64,000 bases of DNA from Squalus acanthias (Eukaryota), in the NCBI GenBank assembly GCA_030390025.1, contig CM059453.1, positions 310,001-374,000 on the forward strand, written 5' to 3'. The first letter of the stretch is position 1; each line of letters begins with the position of its first letter. The position numbers and the translations under genes were made by a program. The notes beneath the pieces were generated by a model that was not told the DNA's origin, did not search any database, and saw only the letters and a program-made list of their open reading frames with translations. This document shows positions 39,059 to 51,425 of the stretch, piece by piece.

Positions 39059-39419
39059 ATTACAATCCCAGCAGAGGCAATCCATTCATAAAAAAAGAGA
39101 TAACATGTTGAAATACACCGCGGGTCGGGCAGCAACTGAAAGTGAATTGGAAGCATATGATCCGTATATTTCAAAGAGATTTATACCATTTTGAAATACT
39201 GGAGTAGAGAAATTCGGGATAATGACGTTAAAGGTGTGTCATTGCGGGAGTCCCTTCACCACACGGACTGCAGCGGTTCAAGAAGGCGGCTCACCACCAC
39301 CTTCGCAAGGGGCAATTAGGGATGGGCAAAAAATGCTGGCCTTGCTAGCGACGCCCACATCCCATGAACGAATAAATTTGAAAAATTAACGCTACAAAGC
39401 AAGATCTTCGAGGAGACAG

Positions 39420-39750
39420 TAGAGAAATAATTGAATTTCTATAGCGCCTTTCACGACCTCAAGTACTACTAAAGCGCTTGACAGCCAAGGAAGTACTTTT
39501 GATGTGTAGTCAGTGTTGTAATGTAGGAAACGCGGCGGCCAATTGAGCACAGCAAGCTCCCATAAACAGCAACGTGATATTATTTTATTGGCGATGGTGA
39601 TTGAGGGATAAATATTGGCCCAGGACACCGGGGAAATCTCTGTGGCTTTTCTTCGAAATAGAAGCAGCGGATTGGTTAGGTCTGCCAGCGAGAGAAGACG
39701 GGGCCATGTTTTACTGTCTTCATTGAAAAAGCTGACCTTCGACACTGCAG
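39420..39750 (-). mobile_element. SacSINE1-type SINE
   Basis: Reverse-complement homology to 19824-20290. Confidence 0.75.
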
Positions 39751-39786
39751 CTCGCCCTCCGTTCTTTGATGTTTTTTAATCGGAGC

Positions 39787-39958
39787 CTCGCCGCTGCCGC
39801 TGTTTTAATTCAGGTCCGCTCTCGGGCCGCTCTTTATCCTCTCGCCGCTGCCTCTGTTTTAATTCAGGTCCGCTCTCGGGCCGCTCTTTATCCTCTCGCC
39901 GCTGCCGCTGTTTTAATTCAGGTCCGCTCTCGGGCCGCTCTTTATCCTCTCGCCGCTG
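39787..39958. repeat. 54-bp tandem repeat, about 3.2 copies
   Basis: ctcgccgctg recurs at 39787, 39841, 39895, 39949. Confidence 0.92.
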
Positions 39959-40566
39959 CTACTGCTGGGTGTGAGTGTAAGATTCATAAGACTCTCCGTA
40001 CTCATCGGCTGGAATAACGATGTTTACGGCCATGGAAAGAATAGTCACGTGGCGGCCCGTAGGACTCATAATCCGACGCCGACGAATCCTTCCGCTACAA
40101 CATACGATGCTACTCGGGAAGAGTGGAGGAAATCTCATTTGCTTCGAATAAGTTTTCATCCAAAGTCAGTCTGTAAAAACCCACGTCAAAACTGGTGGAA
40201 ACACCGGAGATAAGCTTCAAGCACAAGCCTTATTTCATCCTTTACTGCTACAATCTGAAAAGTGGAGCATTTGATCAGAAAGAGAGTGCAGTTCAATTTT
40301 AACCTGACAGTGTAAATTTTAGATGATGCATATAGAAGTTGCAATATTTAGTTGAAGCATAAGGCCTTCCATTATTAGCTGTCTCTGCAGACACCCCCCA
40401 AGCACAACCCCCACCCCACCCCCCATGGTGCTGCTCACCAAGTGTCAGTGGATACAGTGGGAAAGGACGCTGGGATGATGAAACGCCACCGACTGGCTCC
40501 AAAATGCAACTACAGCATTTCGGCACATCCTTACACTGAGAATTCACATTCTAACTTGACACAGAC

Positions 40567-41805
40567 ACATAGATACATAGATACATAGAAGATAGGAGCA
40601 GGAGTAGGCCATCCGGCCCTTCGAGCCTGCTCCGCCATTTAATGTGATCATGGCTGATCCTCCAATTCAGTATCCCGTCCCCGCCTTCTCTCCGTAACCC
40701 TTAACCCCTTTTGCCTGTAGAAATATATCTAATTCCCTCTTAAATATATTTAATGAGCTGGCGTACACTGCCCTCTGTGGCAATGAGTTCCACAGGTTCA
40801 CCACTCTCTGAGTGAAGAAATTTCCCCTCATTTCTGTCCTAAATGGTTTAGCCCTTATCCTTAAATTATGTCCTCTAGTTCTGTTCTCACCCGCCAAGGG
40901 AAACATTCCTTCTGCATCTAGTCTGTCTAGACCTGTCAGAATTTTATACACTTCTATGAGGTCCCCTCTCAATCTTCTAAACTCCAGTGTGTACATCCCT
41001 AAACTACATAGTCTCTCCTCATAGGTCAATCCCGCCATTCCTGGTATCAGCCTGGTGAATCGCCGCTGCACCCCCTCCATGGCAAGAACATCTTTCCTCA
41101 GATGAGGCGACCAAAACTGTACACAGTACTCGAGGTGTGGTCTCACCAGTGCCCTGTACAGCTGCAGCAAGGTATCCCTGTTCCTGTATTCCAACCCTTT
41201 TGCTATGAAGGCCAGCATACCGTTTGCCTTCTTGACCGCCTGTTGCACCTGCATGCTCGCCTTCAGTGACTGGTGTACAAGAACACCCAGGTCTCTCTGT
41301 ACTTCCCCCTCTCCCAATTTATTGCCATTTAAATAATAATTTGCCCTCCCGTTCCTGCACCCAAGGTGGATAACTTCGCACTTGTCCACATTATAGTGCA
41401 TCTGCCATTTATCCGCCCAATCACCCAGTCTGTCCAAATCGCTCTGGAGCTTCCTGATCTCCTCCTCTGAGCCCACCCCCCCTCCTAGTTTGGTGTCGTC
41501 TGCAAATTTGGAAATGCTGCATCCGACTCCCTGATCCAGGTCATTAATGTAAATTGTGAACAGCTGGGGACCCAGGACAGATCCCTGTGGTACCCCGCTT
41601 GTTACTGCCTGCCATTCAGAAAATGAGCCGTTTATTCCAACTCTCTGTTTTCTATCTGACAGCCAGTTCTCTATCCACGTCAATACTTGCCCCTTTATCC
41701 CATGAGCTTCAATTTTCCATGCTAATCTTTTATGTGGGACCTTATCGAAGGCCTTTTGGAAGTCCAGGTACACCACATCCACTGACTCTCCCTCATCCAC
41801 TACTA
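40567..41805 (-). mobile_element. Young 5'-truncated CR1 LINE with uninterrupted RT
   Basis: Open frame with YLDFQKAFDKV, PQGSVLGP and FADD; (catagata)n tail. Confidence 0.95.
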
Positions 41806-41944
41806 AATGTTGTAAAAAGAAGGTTAAAAATCGCGATAAAGGAAACAAAGATTACGGACAGGAAGTCCACACTTACACAATGTTTGTACTCATTTCGATA
41901 CAGACATTTCTTATTTTCTCTGTATTCGCACGTTGTTTTCTCAG

Positions 41945-42082
41945 ATCCAACCAAGGCTTCGAAGAGAATTCCAATCATCACAGGTGCAACAGTCGGTCTG
42001 GCGGTGTTAGTTCTTGCCACGATTCTCATTGTTGTGCTGATCAAGAAAAAGCACAAGTCAGCAAAAGAAAAAGAGGAATCCG
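41945..42082 (+). CDS. ITAM receptor transmembrane exon (GC-AG donor)
   Basis: gttttctcag acceptor; DPTKASKRIPIITGATVGLAVLVLATILIVVLIKKKHKSAKEKEES; donor G|gcaagt, phase 1, matches the next exon. Confidence 0.85.
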
Positions 42083-42194
42083 GCAAGTACTGTTTTACAT
42101 TTTCAGTTATGGTGAGGTTCTTCTACCTATTCCATGGATCAATTTTACACAATTGTAGCGTCCAGTCTCCCACTCCCTCTCTTTCAAATATTCT

Positions 42195-42395
42195 AATCTC
42201 TCTCTCTCTCTCCCGCTGACGATCTATCTCTCTAGATTAATCTCTCGAGATTTATCTCTATATATTTATCTCTCTATAGAGATTAATCTCTCCAGATTTA
42301 TCTCTATATAGTGATCTATCTATCTATCTATCTATCTATATATTTCTCTGTCTATATACTTCGCTATCTGCATAGCTAACTCTCTATCTATCTAT
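42195..42395. repeat. TC/TCTA low-complexity microsatellite
   Basis: Direct reading of the sequence. Confidence 0.85.
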
Positions 42396-42739
42396 TGATC
42401 TTTTTAACTATCGTTATGTTATTCATAGTTTTACTTTCTTCCCTAGTCTTAATATTTTATGAAGGACATAAAGTGACCATACAATTGAGAGTTATCCACC
42501 CATTGAGCGAAATTTGCAAGAAAAAAATCAGAACAAGTTTCTGCAAAGAGGGATTAGAACTTTTCTATTTAATGTTTAACTGTTTCTTAAAGTGAGGTTT
42601 CTTCGTTGCCTCCTTCCCAATGGCTATCGATCAATCTTGGCTTCACAATCTCAGTGTGATGAACATTGGTGAGAAATGTTAAATTGATGGTGATAACAGT
42701 GTCATACTCAAATCTTGAACAAAGGAACAACATGTTTGT

Positions 42740-43090
42740 ACACAATGACTTGTGTAGTCACTGCTGTACTGTAGGAAACGAGGCCGGCCATATATGCACA
42801 GCAAGCTCCCACAAACAGCAATGAAATAAACATAAGTGTTGGGAAAGACACCTCGAGAACGTCCCTGCTCTTCTTTCGGTAGTGCCGTGGGGTCTTTGAC
42901 GTTTACCTGAAAGGGCAGAGAGGGCCACGGTTTAATGTGTCATGTGAAGGATGGCCCCTCGGACAGTGCAGCGCTCCCTCAGTACTGCACTGGGAATGTG
43001 AGCCCAGATGATGTGCTCACTTCGCTGGAGTGGGATTCGAATCGGCAACCGTGCGTCTCAGGGTGAGAGTACTACCACAGAATCAATGCT
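42740..43090 (-). mobile_element. SacSINE1-type SINE
   Basis: Reverse-complement homology including gacagtgcagcgctccctcagtactg. Confidence 0.8.
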
Positions 43091-43452
43091 AATGCCTCAC
43101 CTCAGCATCAATCGTTAGCACTCGACCCTCCCCGCAGAGTCAGATATCTAACACATGAATCTCAATGGGACAGTAGAATCCATAAGTAATAATCAAAAGC
43201 ACTATTGGTCAATAGCAGTGCGTTAGCAGACACGCTTCATAGAGGCGTAGACTCTATTTTAAGATAAAGTAGGGAATGCTGGAGGTAAACCGCCAGTCAG
43301 GCAGTATCTATAGAGAGAAAGGGAAGAGAGAGCTGTAGAATCTTCATCAGAATTAATGAGCTGGGCAACATCAGTATATTTAATGGCATTTTTCAGGCAG
43401 CACTGAAAACATGAATTTGCAATGATTCAACTCTCCTACTTTATCCTTTCAG

Positions 43453-43499
43453 AGGGACCCTACATCAACGTTCCTCCTCAAAGGAAGAAAACTGAGCAG
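43453..43499 (+). CDS. ITAM receptor cytoplasmic exon EGPYINVPPQRKKTEQ
   Basis: tcctttcag acceptor, CAG|gtgaat donor, phase 1 to 0. Confidence 0.8.
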
Positions 43500-44031
43500 G
43501 TGAATCCAATTGATATTTTGTCTCTTAAAGCTTTCCTTTTGAAAGTGGACAGCCATGTCGACAAACTAAATGGTGTGCTTCCAATCTTTGACTGAAACCG
43601 AGTCCCTAACCAGAAACTCGCACTCGAATCACAGTTTCAGGCAATAGCTTACCAACTCTTAGCTCCTTTAACTTAAGCGAGTTGACTTCTTAGTTACAAT
43701 ACCGGACAAGGCAACCGTAAAAACCACTGTGAAGCGCCTCCGCGCTATTATTTCAGACAGTTATACCCGGCCTATACCACGTACATCAATTGTTCCGATG
43801 CCTTTGAATCATTTCTCAGTAATTCCTTACAGACGGTGCATTAATTCCCTCTGTTATTTTCTGTGGAAAGAACTGCTGATTGTGTTTATTTCTGTAATTT
43901 TGAGCTCAATGTACTTTTGACACATTTCTACCCGCCTCTTTCCACGTGTATATCACCAGTGGTCTTTGCTCTTCTGTCGATGCTGATGTCTCAATGCTCC
44001 TGTACTTAACTTTAGAAACTTTATGTTCCAG

Positions 44032-44061
44032 GATGAATCTGATTTGAACTCCACTTACATG
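44032..44061 (+). CDS. ITAM receptor micro-exon DESDLNSTYM
   Basis: tgttccag acceptor, ATG|gtaagt donor, phase 0 to 0. Confidence 0.82.
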
Positions 44062-44163
44062 GTAAGTGTATGCAACAGTCATACGGTTTCCAGCACAACC
44101 TCGTTTTATCTCTGAATTATCGAGTGATCGGGAATGCTCACTTATTGTGCCATCTTCTCACAG

Positions 44164-44207
44164 GGTTTGAAGTTAGAGGAGCAATCGGTTTACAGCCAAC
44201 TGCAGAG
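44164..44207 (+). CDS. ITAM receptor exon GLKLEEQSVYSQLQ(R)
   Basis: ttctcacag acceptor, AG|gtatgt donor; completes YMGL-x7-YSQL. Confidence 0.85.
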
Positions 44208-44449
44208 GTATGTTATATACTGTTTAATTAATAGTTGGTCTATCTATCATCATCTATCTATCAATCAATCAATCTACATTTATATGCCTTCACAGTATTA
44301 CTTATCTTCACCATCTGAACTGCTTATGAATGTCCATTCAAAGCAATTATTGCTGGTTTCCTATTACAATAACTATTGCACTGTGTCCATTTATTTTACA
44401 CATATTGATCCTCTGGCAGTTACACATCTAACTCATTTTCCTTTTTCAG

Positions 44450-44453
44450 ATAA
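44450..44453 (+). CDS. ITAM receptor terminal exon (last base of Arg plus TAA)
   Basis: Strong acceptor ttttcctttttcag|A TAA, phase 2. Confidence 0.7.
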
Positions 44454-44689
44454 GGAGCTCGTATGTCTTCTGGGAATATTAGAACAAGCACAACTTATCC
44501 ACACCCGGAGAGTGTTCCATCCTCCACTGGGTGCTGCTACTACTCATGCTTTATGTGGGCTCGCTTATGGAAATTACGTTCTGAGGGACATTATATATAT
44601 ATCAGCGCTTCTGTTAGAAAAATAGTAAGAAAACGTTTTGAGTTAAAATCTTGCTGATAATGCATCTTTTAGGATATTTCCTCAACTAG

Positions 44690-45180
44690 AGCTCATCCAG
44701 AACTCTGCCGCCCGAATCCTAATTCACGTCAAGTCCCGTTCACCCATCACCCCCTGCACTCGCTGTACTTCATTGGCTCCCAATCCGGCAATGCCACGAT
44801 TTCAAAATTCTCATCCTTCTTTTCCAATTCCTCCATGGCACCGCCCCTGCTTATCAGTGTAACATCCTCCAACCCGCCGAGATCTCGGCACTCCTTAATC
44901 TGGCCTCCTGCTTATCACCAATTGTCTTCATTCACCATGGACGGCCGTGCCTTCCGCTCCTGAGAAATTAAGCTGTGGAATTCCCCTCCCCAAAACCCTC
45001 CCCCTTTCTACCTCACTCTCCTCCTTTAAGATGCTCTTGAAAACCTAAGTCTTTGACAAAGCATTTGGACACCTGTCATAATATCTCCACGTGGCCCATT
45101 GTCAAATTTTATTGGAAGCGCTTTGGGAGGTTTAATTACATTAAAGGCGCTATATGTGTGCAAGTTGTTGTTGTTTTGCC
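44690..45180 (+). mobile_element. L2-type LINE 3' end
   Basis: LIQNSAARIL...SPITP...LHWLP motif; tail aaaggcgctat...(ttg)n. Confidence 0.8.
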
Positions 45181-46727
45181 CTCTGAATTATATTAATATA
45201 CAGCTTTAATGTTTGTATACATTCCTACAGCAAAAATGCAGAGACTGCACGCAAGAGATGTAATGGTTTGTACATGATGCTCTGCAATAATCAATTATAT
45301 ATTAAACTGATGTACAGGTTCCACATTCTAATTGTACTGCACCAGTAGGGGGCTCTGTGAGGTAATGCTCTGTGACACAGAATATTGTGGGGTGTAAACA
45401 AACTGTATGTGACAGCCCACTACTAAGGCCTCAATTGTGCAGAGCCGCAACCACTAACGAAGGAATCGTAATATGGGCCGCCAAGTATCATTCCCGAGAG
45501 GAAATAATGTCCTCCCAAAATATGGTGTAGCTCTCACTTAAAGTGACAACTCGCGCAGAAATAAATCTCTCAATATATAAATCACCCATTCCCAAGAGCG
45601 TCAATCTGAACCCTTCCAGTAAATACTGAACTTAGTTTAAGTGGCAATCAGTGCAAGAACAAACCTTACTGATTGGACAAACCATGGAATGCAAACTACA
45701 CCTACCCGAGATGTAGCTTGTCAAGTGACAAGGCCTGCCCACTGACATGAAAATCATCTTGCTCAAACTCCCCAAAACTCACCCCCACTGTGACACAAAT
45801 AGGTCAGTGCTGCCTCCTGAATACAACAATGCCCACCTCAAATTATTCACATCGCTGGCCTCCACCCACTGTCCACTGACGGCACAATCACCTGCGAAAC
45901 TTTTGTCTTTCATCGTAGCTTCGAAATTAACGGGTCAGATATTAGAGTGGCCAGACGTAACGCCTTTCGATGACGCTGCTTTGAAAGCCACGATATCGTA
46001 GTTTTTAACTAATTTCTTTACAAGGCGTTCTGGAATCTTGAACACCCCCGATTTGAATCGCTCCAACATTGGTGGCCCTGCCTTCAGCTGCCAAAGACCT
46101 AAGCACTGCAATTCCCTCCCTAAACCTCTCCGCCTCTCCACGGCCCGGAAATCGGACCCGTTTGCACCGGCGTTTCAGGCCGGTTTGGAAGAAAAATGGG
46201 CTAAAATTGGAGAGAGCTGGAAACCTGCCAGTGCCACTGCAGGTCAGAGTTCACGGCCGCCGAAATTAACGGCACTGGCAGGAACGCAATATTGGTGCTG
46301 GCTGCTAATTAACATTATCCCAGCGCTAAACTTACCGTGCAAGGCCGCCTTTCCTGGCGGTAGTCTCAGCAGGAAGCCCAATTATGCGTCGCCATAGCGT
46401 CATTGCAGCTAGAACAGCCTTTTCTTAAAGCAAGACTGTCATTTTAGAATCAGTGCCATTCCTTAAAGGGGAACTGCCTTCTAAAATAAAAATCATTTAA
46501 AAATCAACCGTTTTTTTCGCTTATAGCTCAAATACCTTCTGAAAAAGATAAACATTAAAACGTGTTCTCAAATGCCAGTCTTCAGCTGTTAAAAATGAAT
46601 TGCCTCCCGAACCTTAAAAAATGGAATAAGGGCTTCAGCACGAACACAAATGGCTCTGCAAGCCAGGGAAGGGCATGCAGGGTCTTGCAGGCAGTACTCC
46701 AGCTTTGTGCAGGGCTTCAACACTGTA

Positions 46728-47650
46728 CATAGGAACAGGGGTAGGACATTCAGCCCCTCGAGCCTGTTCCACCATTCGATGAGGTTATGGCTGATCTACG
46801 ACCTAACTCTATATACCTGCCTTTGACCCATATACCTTAATACCTTTGGTTAACATAAAGCTATCAATCTCCGATTTCAAATTAACAATAGATGTAGTAT
46901 CAATTGCCCTTTGTGGAAAAGAGTTCCAACTTCTCCCACCCTTTGTACTTAGAAGTGTTTCCGAATTTCACTCCTGAAAGGTCTGGCTCTAATTTTTAGA
47001 CTATACCCCCTCGTCCTAGAATCCCCAAGCAAAGGAAATAGTGTCTCTCTATCTACCCTATCTGTTTCCCTTAATATCCTGAAAACTTCGATCAGATCAC
47101 CCCTTACCCTTCTAAATTCTAGGAAATACAACCCTAATTTATGTAATCTCTCCTTGTAACTTAACCCTTGAAGTTCGGGTATCATTCTGGTAACGCTATG
47201 CTGCACTCCCTCCTAGGCCAATCTATCTTTCCTAAGGTGTGATGCCCAGAACTGCTCACAGCACTCCAGGTGTGGTCTAACCAGGGCTTTGAATAGATAC
47301 AGCATAACTTCTACCCCCTGTATTCTAGTCCTCTAGATATAAAGGCCAGCATTCCATTAGACTTTTTGATTATTTTCCGTACCTGTTTATGACATTTTAA
47401 TGATCTATGTACCTGAACCCCCAAATCTCTTTGGATATCTACTGCTTTTAGCATTTTACCATTTCGAAAGTACCCTGTTCTATCCTTTTTAGGTCCAAAG
47501 TGCATGAAATCATATTAGCTTACATTGAAATCCATCTGCCACAGTTTTGACCCCTCACATAATCTATTAATATCCCTTTGTAATTTTATGCTTTTGTCTA
47601 CACGGCCTACAATGCCACCTATCTTTGTGTTATCGGCAAATCTGGATATA
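46728..47650 (-). mobile_element. CR1 LINE fragment
   Basis: RT C-terminal peptides in ORFs 46949-47206 and 47311-47505. Confidence 0.9.
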
Positions 47651-50600
47651 CTGCAAGAGAGTTCCTCTACCCATAGGGGCCAGGAGGCCCTCCAGAATGA
47701 AGGGTGTCGGACCAGATCACCGAGGCCGTCATTGCCAGCAGTTCACCCTCAACACCTGACTCCAGTGCCAAAAAACATTCATGACCTCAGACCAGTGGTC
47801 AAGTTCATTGAATGCAAATTCAAAAGGCATCTACTGGCAACTGCACCACTAGCCTCACACACTTCTCAATGCAGGACAACCGCCCCCGCCCCCCCTCCCC
47901 ACCATCACTCATCTACCAATGAACTTTACCAAACACGAGGCACATCTCGCATTCCTAGCTTCACCTCACCCTCTTGGAGGAGACGGTGTTAGTCATTCTT
48001 GGTAGGGGCACATTGCTGAGGGCTTAGCCAGTGGCGGGGATGCAAGGAAACAAAATGCTGGTATCGTCATATGTTATCCTCCTTCTCGCATGCAACTCTT
48101 GCTTTCCCGCCCTGCCCTCACCACAACTCCACCCTCTGCCTTCCTCTTTGCACACACCCAAGAAATGCAGCCTACCCAGCCAGTGGGTGTCCAAGAAGAG
48201 GGGGAGGCGAGTGAAGAAGAAAAATAAGAAACACCGTCGATCGATTTCACACTCCCCGCCACCAGCTCCTCAAGGTCGACCTGCAAAGCCATTTGAAGTG
48301 TCCCCCACTGAAAGTCAGCAGGTATGCTGCAGGCTGGGGGAGCACCACGTGACATCAGTAGGATAGAGAAAGGCACACACAAGACAGTCATTCGGGGAAT
48401 GCATAAGGGTGATTAGTTAATTTAATGATGTCATATTGGATGGATAGATGTATGAAGTTGGATTGGAAAGTTTGATTTGTGGTGGCTTTTATTTCAGCAT
48501 TGTGGCCAAGAGGACGGTGTGATGGTCAGTAACAGAGGGATGCTCAATAGTGGAACAAATGTTGAAAGGGGAATTGGGGTAGTGTTCACTCATATCGCTG
48601 GTGGATGATTCAATCCCGTACGTCCCAGCCAGAAAGGGGCTGTCTGGGTTGCCTCCTTCCCTCTGCTTCCTCCTCATCGGCTTCCTCCTGATCTGCTTTT
48701 TCATCTTCTGCTTTTTCCACTTCTGCTTCCTTCTCTTCCGGTTCCTGCTTCTCGTCTTCCTCCATCTCCTCCTCCCTCTGCGAGCAGCTTGTCCCCTTGG
48801 CTGCAACTAAAGAGCCCAGGGTTGGGAGCAAGTGGTGTTCTCAGAGGCCGTCCTTTAAGAGCCAAAGCATTGCAAAAGCCCAGCAGCACTCCCTGCACTT
48901 CCTTCACACTTTAACTACTTTTTAAATATATTGCACAAAGCCACTGCCCCAATAAAATGTAAAGAAACCAGTACAAATGCAAAAATCTAAACTTACATGA
49001 AAGTTGCCTCTGTCTCTTTAAGAAGCGCTGCACGCACGTTCTGACAGGTGTGCTTTGGACAGGGCGTTAATAGGAGCAGCGACATCCAAAATACCAGATC
49101 GTGCATCAATTCAGATTTGCGTGTCGATTGACGTCAGGATCTGGCTCATCTATTTCTGTGAATGCGGCGCAAGCAACCGCAGCGCTGCCCACTGCCTAAA
49201 ATGGCAGCCGCCGCGTTCACCGCCGGAAGTGGATGACATCGAGGCAGTCGCCATTGGGGGGAAATCGTCTGTTTAACGCCACGAGGTCCCGCAGTTTTCC
49301 TGAGGAAATAAGGCTCTTCCGCCCTTCTCTGGCGCGGGACTCGGCTGCCGCCATTTTGGTAAGGGCCATGGCGCTGTCGGTAGCAGCACAAGCCCTGGAC
49401 ATGCAAATTTGGAGAGCGTGAGGTCACGCCAAACTGACACCACGCTCTGCGAACTTGGACTTTTGCGCTGAGTTTGGCGCTGGGTCCTCAGCTCGCTGTG
49501 AAACGAGTGCGTGCAGGAGACTGACAGAGACGCGATCTGCACCTCTCAATGGGACACACACATCCTTCAGGGAAGTTTGCATTGAAGCTATTGGACTGGA
49601 TTTAAAAAAATATTTTATTGAAGTAGTGGCTTGGTGCAATAGATGTTAAACGTTTTCAAAGTGTGCAGAGAGTGCAGGGGGATGCTTTTGGACGCTTGCA
49701 AGGACTTGGATGATAGAGGAAGGCCTCTGAGATGACAGAAAATGCTGGAAATACTCAGCAGGTCAGGCAACATCTGTGGAGAGAGCAACAGAGTTCAGGT
49801 CTCAGGTCGAGATGCTGCATGACCTGCTGAGTATTTTCCGCATCTTCTTTTTTTATTTCAGATTTCCTGCATCTGCTCACAGAGGGAAGAGCAAGACGCA
49901 GCAGAGCAGGAAGCAGAAGGAAGGATGCAACCCAGAAAGCCCCTTTCTAGCCGGGATATCCGGGATAGAATCCTCCACCTGCGGTACCAGTGATCACAAT
50001 CCCAATTCCCGTTCCAACATTTGTCCCACACTTTACCTTCCCTCTGCCACTGGGGGCACTAGTCTTGTGCATTCCCTTAGTAAGTGACTTGAGTGTGCTT
50101 TTGCCTATCATTGTGCTCTTACGCAGTGCTGCAGCATGGCTGGTGGTAGGCTGCGACTTTGTGAGTGTGAAATCGAGTGATGGTGTTTATTCTTCTTCTT
50201 CACTCTCCGCTCCATCTTTTTGGTCAACCATAGCTGGGGAGACTGGATTTCTTGGCTGTCTGAAATGAGGAAGGCACAGGTGTAGGTTTGAGGTGAAGGC
50301 AGGGGGTTCAAGCAAGAGGTGCATGCTTATGCCATATGCATCTTGTAAATCAGAAACGATTGTAGGATGAGGATGTAGTGGGATGTGAAAGGAAGGATAA
50401 GGCAGGAGGATACCGGCATTTGTAGTATTTCTACCGCGTTGCTGGCCAAGGGCTCAGCCAGGCCCCTGTCAAGATTGGTCAGCACCGTCTCCTCCAAGTG
50501 TGTGAGAGGAAGATAGGAATGTGAAATGTGCCTCGTGTTTGGTAGAGATTGTTGGTAGATGAGTGATGAGGGGTTTGTGCATTGAGCAGTGTGTGAGGCT

Positions 50601-50900
50601 AGTGGTACAGTTGCTAGGAGATGGCTTTTGAAGATGCATTCACTGACCTTGGCTAATGTCTGAGGTCATGAAACTTCTTTGGGCACCGGAGTCTGGTATT
50701 GGTAGTGCCACTTCAGGCAGTGAGTTTCTGCACTGCATGAAGGAGATGGTTCATACTTCAGCTGCAGTGCGCATGTGGTAGGGGCAGTGCATACTGAGTC
50801 CGGTGGCACGGGCGCAGACCAAAAAAGTCTTGGTGCTTCATTGTTTTGAACATTGTGTGTGCTGTGGGGGCTGCACCCAATCAAGTGACTGGGACGTATT
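47651..50900. mobile_element. Two inverted, decayed Harbinger-derived segments with Myb/SANT-like remnants
   Basis: QC.KK F.DL-like motif at about 47762 (+) and about 50660 (-); 48550-48680 is a reverse-complement homolog of 49905-50030. Confidence 0.55.
49735..49876. mobile_element. Short Penelope-derived inverted-repeat element
   Basis: atgctggaaatactcagcaggtcaggcaacatc ... gatgctgcatgacctgctgagtattttccgcat. Confidence 0.7.
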
Positions 50901-51254
50901 CATCATGCCCCTAAACTGTGCTTTGTAAATGTTGGAGAGACTTTGAGGGGCAAAGTGGTGAGTCAATCCTCGCAGAGTACCCAGCCTCTGCCCTGCTCTT
51001 TCGTCACTGTGTTGTTACGCTTGATACAGTTAAGCTTCTCCGCAGTGTTGTCTTTCAAGATGTTGTTGGGTCATTCAACAATGGTGGTGCTGTTGAGGGC
51101 CAGGGATGGTCTTAAGGCTTATTCCTGTTCGAGACGGTGATTAACTAGGAATTAAGCACCGTGAATGTTGTCTACCCCTATTGATGGCGAAACCAATTCT
51201 TGATGTCGAATCAACTGGATTCCAGTTAGTGACTGAGGAAATGCTAACCAATAA

Positions 51255-51312
51255 TCACGTGACCGAGCCTGATATATATTTTTAACAACAGGAAACGAGA
51301 ACTTCCTCTTGC
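51255..51312 (+). promoter_or_regulatory. Putative leukocyte-type promoter: E-box, ETS and PU.1-like sites
   Basis: cacgtg at about 51256, caggaa at about 51290, acttcctctt (reverse complement AAGAGGAAGT) at 51301, about 70 bp upstream of the leader ATG. Confidence 0.4.
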
Positions 51313-51373
51313 TTTTCTAACTGACACGCTCGGTCAGTTCTCTGCGTTTAGTTCACACTCAACAGCAGCAAGT

Positions 51374-51425
51374 ATGAAGTGTTCCATTCTCGAGGTCTCC
51401 CTTCTACTGGCCGTTCTAAATTCAG
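51374..51425 (+). CDS. IgSF gene 3 leader exon MKCSILEVSLLLAVLNS
   Basis: agtATG context, hydrophobic peptide, phase-1 donor CAG|gtatga. Confidence 0.7.

Noticed and set aside
26390-41900. Ectodomain or leader exons for the ITAM module
   Set aside because: Manual scan of non-repeat stretches found no Ig motif with matching splice sites; very short or diverged exons could have been missed
41587-42219. 210-aa single-exon membrane protein
   Set aside because: Chance fusion of antisense CR1, intron sequence and the real TM exon
41945-44453. Naming the ITAM module TYROBP, HCST, FCER1G or CD79A
   Set aside because: No acidic TM residue or dimerising Cys is seen, the motif is YINV rather than YINM, and the TM is unlike CD79
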